From Candidatus Latescibacterota bacterium (GTDB taxonomy: Bacteria; Latescibacterota; UBA2968): 64,000 nt of DNA. This document shows positions 56,725 to 64,000 of this stretch, in pieces; the first letter of the stretch is position 1; each line of letters opens with the position of its first letter. The notes beneath the pieces were generated by a model. It was not told the origin of the DNA, did no database searches, and was given only the letters and a program-made list of their open reading frames with translations. Both the position numbers and the translations under genes were made by a program. Where the stretch lies: NCBI GenBank assembly GCA_965116885.1, contig OZ220741.1, positions 3,968,001 through 4,032,000 on the forward strand, written 5' to 3'.

Positions 56725-57942
56725 TCAAGTGTGAGATTGCGGCGAATTTGCGGGTGGAATAAGTATTATTTGACTTAAAAAAACGGCAATCACGAGGCCC
56801 GTAATGAGCGTATAGTGCTGAAAGTCGAGGAGGTAAATGGCCTGTACGCCAACAGCGATACTCAGCGTGCCCTGAGGATGCCAACTCAGGGCAAGCAATT
56901 CGCGCCAGGTCTGAGGTATTTGCCAGAGAGTTTGGGAGACCGTAAAACCGATTGTACGGCCCATTCCACGCACGAGTATCATTGTGAGGGCAAGTGGAAA
57001 AAGAGGTGACCAGAGAAAAAATATACCACCGCCAAATTCCCCTATTATTGAGCCAATCAGAGCAAAAAAGATTGGCTCAATCACGTCATTTGCGCGTGTT
57101 GTAAATTCGACGACCTCGCGTTTTGCCACGGTTGTGTTAATCAGCCAGATACCCGACAGAAATCCCACGGCAAGAGATGGCAGGCCCGGTGCCTGGCACA
57201 AACCAGAAAGGGCGATCACAATGCCCAGAACGAGACTTAGTGCACGAGCACCCGTGCGGTGGCTGCGAAATGAAAAATCAAGCGCGATGCCTCCGACCAC
57301 GCCTGCGCCGAGCATGAGCAGTGCAATACCAACTACACCTATAAATGGCAAGTTTCCCAAATAAAAAATGGGATTTTCTGCAAGCGGAGGGAAAGCGAGG
57401 CACAACACGGCCATGGCCGCGATATTGCCAAGTGGCAGATTTTGCACCGGCACCGGATTTGGTATAGGGCGGTTAGGCCATTGGAAAAAAGGGGTGGGAA
57501 AGCGGGCGGTTAGAGCGAAACTGGTGAGCAGGACGATAGCGAGGGGTAAATTTTGGAGCAAGCCGAGGTAGCGATAAAGTATCAAACCACTGGCGAAGGC
57601 TGCAAGGACAGTGAATCCGCCTGTGGCAAGTACTACGGCTGTTTGTGAGTAAATCACTGAGGTGCCGTGGTCTCGCAGATTCTGGAGATCCGTTGACAGG
57701 CCTGTTTGCAGGCCAATCCACAGTAAAATAGCACCGATGCAATTGTATCGCACCACTTCAAACAGGTGAAATACCTCATTGGTTTCGGGAAAAAACATCC
57801 CGATGAGAACACCGAGGAGCAGATAATGTGCTCTGCCTATTCGCAGACTGTCTATCAGCGGGTGTGGCGGCATCCACCGGAAAAATTTTTGGCCGAAAAA
57901 AAAAGCACCAAAACCGATAATTAAGCTGAAAATAAAGGCCAT
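56725..57942 (-). CDS. Divergent cation:proton antiporter-like membrane protein
   Basis: About 12 TM; YLLLGVLIG, WIGLQTG, IEPIFFALIG, VRGMGR, PQG.LSIA. Confidence 0.6.
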   Translation of the reverse strand: MAFIFSLIIGFGAFFFGQKFFRWMPPHPLIDSLRIGRAHYLLLGVLIGMFFPETNEVFHLFEVVRYNCIGAILLWIGLQTGLSTDLQNLRDHGTSVIYSQTAVVLATGGFTVLAAFASGLILYRYLGLLQNLPLAIVLLTSFALTARFPTPFFQWPNRPIPNPVPVQNLPLGNIAAMAVLCLAFPPLAENPIFYLGNLPFIGVVGIALLMLGAGVVGGIALDFSFRSHRTGARALSLVLGIVIALSGLCQAPGLPSLAVGFLSGIWLINTTVAKREVVEFTTRANDVIEPIFFALIGSIIGEFGGGIFFLWSPLFPLALTMILVRGMGRTIGFTVSQTLWQIPQTWRELLALSWHPQGTLSIAVGVQAIYLLDFQHYTLITGLVIAVFLSQIILIPPANSPQSHT

Positions 57943-58041
57943 ACAATGCCTGCACTTTAGGGATAACTGGTGTCGTCTTTACCTCGGTGGATTATACTTT
58001 TTTCCAAAGTTTGGGTCAAGGACGAAGTTGACGACCCACGC

Positions 58042-58070
58042 TTGACAGTCGTTACAATATAGTGTATAGT
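58042..58070 (+). promoter_or_regulatory. Near-consensus sigma70 promoter
   Basis: TTGACA (58042-58047), 17 nt, TATAGT (58065-58070). Confidence 0.7.
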
Positions 58071-58189
58071 CAAGATTGAGCTGTATATAGATGGGATTTG
58101 AGAGAGCCCCTTCCCCATAGTTCTGCTAATATTGTGCTGTGCGTAGGGGCGGATGGCCGGGTACTGATAGCACAAATTCTGGAGATTCT

Positions 58190-58636
58190 ATGTCCAATTC
58201 ATTACCTCAGGTGCTAATGCACAGTGCCCCAAGTTTGTACGAGCATCTCGACGCATTTGCCCGAGTTGTTGAGTCGGCTATTCGTATATCCGGTGCTTCA
58301 GAAGATGAGCAAATTGATCTGATGGTTGCAGTCATGGAAGCACTCAATAATGCGATTGATCATGGCAATGGTGAAGATGCTTCGAAGAAAGTACATCTCA
58401 AGATCGATATCCACCCCGCTTTCATCGCGGTTTGGGTGCAAGATGAGGGGCGAGGTTTTGATCCCAACGCAGCACCTGACCCGCTTGCGCCAGAAAATCT
58501 AATGAATGATTCTGGGCGCGGGCTTTTGATGATGCGTGCGTTTATGGATGAGGTGGATTTTATGCCCTCTCAGAAGGGCACACTGGTTAAAATGATCAAG
58601 TATTTTTCCTCTAAATCGTCACCATCTCACTGTTGA
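58190..58636 (+). CDS. RsbW/SpoIIAB-like anti-sigma factor kinase (HATPase_c_2)
   Basis: EALNNAIDHGN, DEGRGFD, PDP, GRGLLMMR.FMDEV; RBS GGAG. Confidence 0.9.
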   Translation: MSNSLPQVLMHSAPSLYEHLDAFARVVESAIRISGASEDEQIDLMVAVMEALNNAIDHGNGEDASKKVHLKIDIHPAFIAVWVQDEGRGFDPNAAPDPLAPENLMNDSGRGLLMMRAFMDEVDFMPSQKGTLVKMIKYFSSKSSPSHC

Positions 58637-58647
58637 GGAGGATGCCC

Positions 58648-58965
58648 ATGCAAATTCTCATTTCTGGACGGCATTACCATGTTTCGGACAGCACGCGTAC
58701 CCATATTAAAGCTGCTGTCTCTCGGTTTGAGCGATTTTACACGCCAGTACTGGGTTGTCATATCACCATTACAAAAGAGGAGCCTGCATTTCGCGTTGAT
58801 ATTATTGTCAATGTGCATGGTCAAACCCTCAAAGCTTCCAACACTGGTAGTAAACTCTTTCCCGTTATTGATGGTTCGGCAAAGAAGATGATTCGACAAT
58901 TAAAGAAACTTCGCGACCGACGTCGAAAACCTCGCGTTATTTCTGAACCTAAGATTGAGGCATAA
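58648..58965 (+). CDS. hpf: Ribosome hibernation promoting factor (short HPF/RaiA)
   Basis: MQI.ISGRH, IDG...KM.RQLKK; upstream of hprK. Confidence 0.88.
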   Translation: MQILISGRHYHVSDSTRTHIKAAVSRFERFYTPVLGCHITITKEEPAFRVDIIVNVHGQTLKASNTGSKLFPVIDGSAKKMIRQLKKLRDRRRKPRVISEPKIEA

Positions 58966-58968
58966 GCC

Positions 58969-59937
58969 GTGCCACAAATTTCTATTGGCAAGATGTTAGA
59001 GGATTATGGCGACCAACTCGCGCTATCGTCCATAGCTGGGGAGAGGGGTATTAGCAATACACTATCTACCAGCGATGTCCATCGGCCTGGTCTCGCACTT
59101 GCGGGTTTCCTCGGTCTTTTTACTTTTGACCGTGTTCAGGTTATGGGCAATACGGAGATGCTCTATCTGTCGAGCCTGAATCCCGATGTTTGTCGCCACA
59201 CTCTTGAAACCATTTTTCAGTTTGATATTCCCTGTATGGTTATTACAGACGGCAATGAAGTGCTGCCCGTGATGGCCGAATTGTCCAACGCGCGGCAAAT
59301 TCCCCTGCTGACCACGCCGTTTGCAACGACCAAGTTCGCCCACCTTTTTTCTCATTATCTCGACGATGTGTTTGCACCGCGAACGGCCATCCACGGTTCT
59401 CTGGTTGATGTGTATGGCATTGGGCTGTTATTTGTCGGTGCAAGTGGGATTGGAAAAAGTGAAATTGCCGTTGATCTCGTTGAACGCGGGCATCGATTGG
59501 TCGCGGATGATGTCGTACTCGTGTCGCGCAAGTTACAAGGCATAATCGTAGGCAGCAGCGGGGAAACACTGCGCGATCATATAGAAATACGCGGTCTGGG
59601 CATTTTGAATGTCCGCAATATGTTTGGTGTGCGTGCCGTTCGCCTGCAAAAGCGCATTGAGGTTGTTGTCAAGCTTATTAAATGGGATGAGACCGCGGCG
59701 TATGATCGCATTGGACTCGATGAAGATTGGATCTCGATTCTCGACCTCGAAGTGCCACAGGTTACAGTGCCGATCTATCCAGGGAAAAATATTACGGTGA
59801 TTGCTGAGACGATTGCTCTGAATTATCAACTCAAAATACAGGGCTATCACACGGCACAAGAATTCAATCGTCGCCTTGTTGAGCGCATGAAAAACAAAAT
59901 TCGGGACGATATGTCTATTCGCGCGGATATCGAGTAA
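58969..59937 (+). CDS. hprK: HPr kinase/phosphorylase
   Basis: RPGLALAG, HGSLVDVYG.G, GASGIGKSE, GHRLVADD, IEIRGLGI, PGKN. Confidence 0.97.
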   Translation: MPQISIGKMLEDYGDQLALSSIAGERGISNTLSTSDVHRPGLALAGFLGLFTFDRVQVMGNTEMLYLSSLNPDVCRHTLETIFQFDIPCMVITDGNEVLPVMAELSNARQIPLLTTPFATTKFAHLFSHYLDDVFAPRTAIHGSLVDVYGIGLLFVGASGIGKSEIAVDLVERGHRLVADDVVLVSRKLQGIIVGSSGETLRDHIEIRGLGILNVRNMFGVRAVRLQKRIEVVVKLIKWDETAAYDRIGLDEDWISILDLEVPQVTVPIYPGKNITVIAETIALNYQLKIQGYHTAQEFNRRLVERMKNKIRDDMSIRADIE

Positions 59938-59952
59938 TTTATGGAGGTATAA

Positions 59953-60879
59953 ATGAAATTTAAATGTGTTGTCCTATTGTTGTTTGGACTTATTGGGTGT
60001 GGGGGACAAAGTGCTTTGGAAAGCGATGCCCAGCGCATGCTGGCTTCTGTTCGGGATCTGGAAGAAGAATTGGATGATTTGCCGCAGGCGATTGCGCGGT
60101 ATGGAGAAGTTTCGGCGCAATTCCCACATACTGAAGCGGAAAAAACTGCGCGGGCGCGGCGGGCAATACTCGAGCAGGTACAGACGCGCCTGACGAATCT
60201 CGAAGCTGTTCCGAAAGATAGTATAGAGGTATTTTACGAGGCTGTGGTCGAGATTGCGCCCGATTATTTTGCCACGTTGAAGAAGCTCGGCACCAATTAC
60301 AGTAACCAGATACACTTTACCACGCGTTTTGCTGCCAATACAGGGGCAGTACAGATAAAAGAACAGGCTATAGGAATATGGGAGAAACAGGATCGCTTGT
60401 GGTCGCGCTACACCTTTCGCCCAATCCCATCAAATCGTTTCTGGCAGGATCAGTTGTGCAAGGACGCACTGAATATTACGGAAATGTTAATTGCCAGGCC
60501 CTTTCGCGATTACAACCGCGCACTGGATATCATCAATAAGGGATTGGATTATGCTTCGGGCGAGGATGTGATTTCACGAGCCAAAGTCTATGCTGCCTAT
60601 TGTACGTTTTGGCAGGGCAAAGCAGAAGATTTTGAACAGGGTGTCGCATTGGCAAAAGAGGCTTTGAACTATGAATTTTTGTCGGATAATAACCGCGCGC
60701 GTGCCTATCATGTTATTGGCCTGTGTTATGCGTATATCTATCAGGACTCAGAGGACAGGGCGCATCTCGATGAGGCGATAAAAGCGCTCAATGAAGCCGT
60801 GAATATCGATGGGAATATGGGCGAAGCCAAACAATTACTCAAAGCATTGCGACTACAGAGAGGGAGGATAGCGTCTTAA
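59953..60879 (+). CDS. TPR-like lipoprotein of unknown function
   Basis: Lipobox LIGC; helical repeats such as AYHVIGLCY, EAIKALNEAVNID. Confidence 0.65.
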   Translation: MKFKCVVLLLFGLIGCGGQSALESDAQRMLASVRDLEEELDDLPQAIARYGEVSAQFPHTEAEKTARARRAILEQVQTRLTNLEAVPKDSIEVFYEAVVEIAPDYFATLKKLGTNYSNQIHFTTRFAANTGAVQIKEQAIGIWEKQDRLWSRYTFRPIPSNRFWQDQLCKDALNITEMLIARPFRDYNRALDIINKGLDYASGEDVISRAKVYAAYCTFWQGKAEDFEQGVALAKEALNYEFLSDNNRARAYHVIGLCYAYIYQDSEDRAHLDEAIKALNEAVNIDGNMGEAKQLLKALRLQRGRIAS

Positions 60880-60882
60880 GGT

Positions 60883-62190
60883 ATGAAAAGAATTGTTTGT
60901 AAATTTGGTGGTTCATCGGTTGCCGATGCCGCACAGGTCGGGAAGGTAGTGTCTATTGTACGGAGCGATGAACACCGTTGTTTTGTCGTGCCTTCGGCGC
61001 CGGGTAAGCGGTCTGACGATGATACAAAAATTACTGATTTGCTCTATTTGTGTCACGAACTCGCGCGGCAAAATATCGATTTCTCGGAGCCTTTTAACAA
61101 AATTAGTACGCGATTTCTGGATCTCTCAAAGGCCCTTGGTGTGTCGATTGATATGGAGAGATTGTTAGCTGAGGTCGAGGGAAAAATTGCGGGCGGTGCG
61201 GGGCGAGATTACGTGGCGTCGCGGGGCGAGTATTTGTGCGGGCGTATGCTATCCGATATTTTGGGTGCAGCGTTTGTCGATCCCGCCGAGGCGATTCTCT
61301 TTCGGTCTGATGGGCGGCTCGACAGCGATTCATATCGGCGATTGCGGTCGCATCTATCAGATGAACGACTCTATGTCATTCCGGGATTTTACGGTGCGGA
61401 TGCAGAGGGTGAGATCGTGACATTTTCTCGCGGTGGTTCAGATATTACCGGCGCGATTGTCGCTCGCGCAGTTGAAGCAGAAGTGTACGAAAACTGGACG
61501 GATGTATCGGGATTGCTCATGGCCGATCCCCGCCTGGTGCCCGATCCATTGCCCGTAGAAGAAATTACGTATCGCGAGATGCGCGAGTTGGCTTATATGG
61601 GGGCCGATGTTTTACACGACGAGGCGATGTTTCCGGTGCGTACGGCCGAAATTCCCATTCACATACGCAATACCAATCGGCCAGAGGATGCGGGTACGCT
61701 GATTTTGCCGAGCCGAGAGCTTACAGAGCGCATGATCGCCGGGGTAGCGGGGCGTCCCAATTTTAGCATGTTGTTTATTGAAAAAGACCTGATGAATCAG
61801 ACGACGGGGTTTGGACAACGGGTTCTGGAGGTGGTTGCTCGGCACGGGATCAGTTATGACCACACGCCGTCTGGCATCGATACAATGTCGGTGATCATAC
61901 AGGACGAACAATTGGATGGCAAGGGCGAACTTCTCGTCGAAGACATTCAACGCATTATTGAGCCTGATCGCATCGAACTGATCCAGGGTCTTGCGCTGAT
62001 TGCGACGGTTGGCGAGGGGATGTCGCACAGGGTTGGCATTGCTGCGCGTCTGTTTACTGCGCTGGCAGATGCAGGTGTGAATGTGCGAGTGATCGATCAG
62101 GGGGCTTCAGAGATCAATATTATTGTGGGGGTCGAAGAAGCCGATCTCGAGACAGCACTGGTCGCTATTTATCGCGCTTTTGTCAATTAG
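60883..62190 (+). CDS. lysC: Aspartate kinase
   Basis: KFGGSSVAD, SAPGKR, SRGE, TFSRGGSDITG, WTDVSG, two ACT domains. Confidence 0.95.
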   Translation: MKRIVCKFGGSSVADAAQVGKVVSIVRSDEHRCFVVPSAPGKRSDDDTKITDLLYLCHELARQNIDFSEPFNKISTRFLDLSKALGVSIDMERLLAEVEGKIAGGAGRDYVASRGEYLCGRMLSDILGAAFVDPAEAILFRSDGRLDSDSYRRLRSHLSDERLYVIPGFYGADAEGEIVTFSRGGSDITGAIVARAVEAEVYENWTDVSGLLMADPRLVPDPLPVEEITYREMRELAYMGADVLHDEAMFPVRTAEIPIHIRNTNRPEDAGTLILPSRELTERMIAGVAGRPNFSMLFIEKDLMNQTTGFGQRVLEVVARHGISYDHTPSGIDTMSVIIQDEQLDGKGELLVEDIQRIIEPDRIELIQGLALIATVGEGMSHRVGIAARLFTALADAGVNVRVIDQGASEINIIVGVEEADLETALVAIYRAFVN

Positions 62191-62213
62191 AGAGAAAGAC
62201 AGGGGAGGGATTT

Positions 62214-63263
62214 ATGAAAATTCTCGTGACGGGATCACACGGAAGGGTAGGAGGCAATCTGGTCAGACGTTTGCTCGCTAAAGGACACGACATACGCGGC
62301 TTTGTCTATCCCGGCGATGCCAGCCGCGCGGATAAATGGGAAGGCATTGATGAAGTCGAGGTCGTAGAAGGCGACTTGCGCGATTGCGATGCCGTATCTC
62401 GCGCGGTTGAGGGTGTGGATGCCGTATATCATCTGGCAGCGGCTTTTGCAAGCCCGCATAGCCATATCGAATATTTGCAGATCAATGGGCTGGGCACACT
62501 TCATTTGCTCGAAGCGGTGCGAGAGAAAGTCCCCAATTTGCAGCGTTTTGTCTATGCTTGTACAGAAGCGATATACTGGAAGGTTGAAGAGGCTGGGCGT
62601 TTGTTTGAGAAGCCAATTTCCGAAGATATGGTCAGTGCGACTAAAGCGATGCCGTATTTTTTGACCAAGTGGATCGGCGAAGAACTGGTGATGAATTACC
62701 ATGTTCAATACGGCGTTCCGAGCGTTGTGTGTCGGTTTGCCACCATTTTTGAGCCGAGCGAATTTTTGACTGAAGACGGCGTTCCCAAATTTTGTCCCCT
62801 CAGACCTCTGCTCGAACGATTGCGACGTCAGAAAAACCCCACGGATGAACAGAGGGCGCAGCTCGCGTCTATGGAAAAAGCATGGGCAGATGGCGCGCGG
62901 GTTCTGGTTAGCAGGTGCCCCGATGGCAGGAGTTTTAAGCAGGAGTGGGCAGATGTGCGGGATATCGCCCTGGGCCTTTCTCTGAGTTTGGAGCGCGATG
63001 AAGCCGTGGGCGAGGCATTTACCCTTGGTGGAATGCTCATCGTGTGGGAAGACGATGTTCCAAAAGTTGCCGATTATCTCGGCGTAGGCTATACAGAAGC
63101 GACCATGCCTGCGCCGAATTTTTTTGAATTTGATCGGACAAAAACCCAAAATCTGCTCGGATATCACGCCGAGCACGACTTGTGGAGCACGCTGAATACG
63201 GCTCTGGCGATGCAAGAGGGCAAGGAGACAGATGTTGTTCCCACAGGTGTGCGATACGGATAA
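62214..63263 (+). CDS. NAD-dependent epimerase/dehydratase (extended SDR)
   Basis: LVTGSHGRVG, VYHLAA, YFLTK (YxxxK), DVRDIA. Confidence 0.88.
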   Translation: MKILVTGSHGRVGGNLVRRLLAKGHDIRGFVYPGDASRADKWEGIDEVEVVEGDLRDCDAVSRAVEGVDAVYHLAAAFASPHSHIEYLQINGLGTLHLLEAVREKVPNLQRFVYACTEAIYWKVEEAGRLFEKPISEDMVSATKAMPYFLTKWIGEELVMNYHVQYGVPSVVCRFATIFEPSEFLTEDGVPKFCPLRPLLERLRRQKNPTDEQRAQLASMEKAWADGARVLVSRCPDGRSFKQEWADVRDIALGLSLSLERDEAVGEAFTLGGMLIVWEDDVPKVADYLGVGYTEATMPAPNFFEFDRTKTQNLLGYHAEHDLWSTLNTALAMQEGKETDVVPTGVRYG

Positions 63264-63280
63264 AATCCCGCGGAGACCTT

Positions 63281-64000
63281 ATGGCTTTTTGGCACAGGTA
63301 TATTCCAATTCTGGTATGCGCGGTATTGTTTTTCGGCGTGGGCGAGGCTCAATCTGTTGAAAATGTTACTGGCACAGTGACCGACGCAGCAAGTGGAGAA
63401 AAGTTGGAAGCGGTGCAGATCTATATTCCGGCGCTGAAACTGGGCGCAGTGTCGGATGAGCAAGGCCGCTTTACTATCGACAATGTGCCGGTTGGCACGT
63501 ATGAACTGAAGGCTGATCTGATCGGTTATACGAGTGTGACAGCGGTTATGGAAGTGATGGCTGGACAGACTACGACGGTTGCTTTGCAGATGGCGTTGTC
63601 CGCGCTTTATCTGGATGAAGTGGTGGTGACGGGTACGGCGTTTGAGGAATCGCCCATCAGTTTGACCTATGCGGTCGCCGTGGTCGGGCGGGAAAAGATG
63701 GCGGAACAGGGTTCCCCGCAGGCGGTTGATTTCTTCAAGAATCTGGGCGCGAGTCACGGCGTGATCGGCGAGCGAAACAGTTGGTACAATGCCGGTCAAG
63801 CCGCCACGCTTCCAGAGAACATCGCCAATGTGAACCTGCGCGGCCTGGGGGCTTCGCGCACCCTGGTGTTGTTCAATGGCCAGCGTCAGGTCTATGTGCC
63901 AGCGCGCTTGATTGGGGGGCGCTTCGTAGATGTAAATGCGATGCCTTCGATCGCCATTGACCGCATCGAGGTGCTCAAGGAAGGCGCGGGGGCGATCTAC
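63281..64000 (+). CDS. TonB-dependent receptor, 3'-truncated by the window edge (absent from the ORF track)
   Basis: My translation from ATG 63281: signal peptide, VTGTVTDAASGE carboxypeptidase-regulatory-like domain, LDEVVVTG TonB box, VNLRGLGASRTLVLFNG, IDRIEVLKEGAGAIY plug. Confidence 0.93.
   Translation, partial: MAFWHRYIPILVCAVLFFGVGEAQSVENVTGTVTDAASGEKLEAVQIYIPALKLGAVSDEQGRFTIDNVPVGTYELKADLIGYTSVTAVMEVMAGQTTTVALQMALSALYLDEVVVTGTAFEESPISLTYAVAVVGREKMAEQGSPQAVDFFKNLGASHGVIGERNSWYNAGQAATLPENIANVNLRGLGASRTLVLFNGQRQVYVPARLIGGRFVDVNAMPSIAIDRIEVLKEGAGAIY

Noticed and set aside
58071..58189. raiA-motif RNA or 6S RNA upstream of the hpf operon
   Set aside because: Too short and no recognisable conserved sequence blocks; kept only as an unassigned structured leader.

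Overview
Gene-dense bacterial chromosome segment of about 60 genes. The gene content (sulfatases, Gfo/Idh/MocA oxidoreductases, dockerin/EF-hand-tagged secreted enzymes, a TonB receptor with a carboxypeptidase-regulatory-like N-terminus) suggests an FCB-group organism such as a Latescibacterota-like lineage; this is inference only. Recognisable blocks: radC, a DUF62 enzyme and a HAD-YvcK fusion; pfkA-gap-pgk-tpiA-secG-tRNA-Leu; a catabolic stretch with three Cys-type sulfatases and several dehydrogenases; a large S8 protease; a GAF-membrane protein next to a c-type cytochrome; a Feo plus Tro/Mnt metal-uptake cluster with four DtxR-family domains; map, a GT3-like glycogen synthase and an outer-membrane pair; rsbW-like-hpf-hprK, aspartate kinase and a truncated TonB receptor. 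Best finds not visible in the ORF track: (1) a probable selenoprotein of the ArsC/Spx family (UxxC at 37301-37303, with RBS and SECIS-like hairpin); (2) a family of short-period intergenic repeat inserts, several of which begin inside the stop codon of the upstream gene; (3) a GAF plus PepSY-TM-like protein with no output domain beside a cytochrome c lipoprotein; (4) both ABC permeases fused to DtxR-like domains; (5) three secreted enzymes sharing a dockerin-like tag. No integrase, transposase, prophage, CRISPR array or rRNA was seen. All family calls come from reading motifs, not from database searches.
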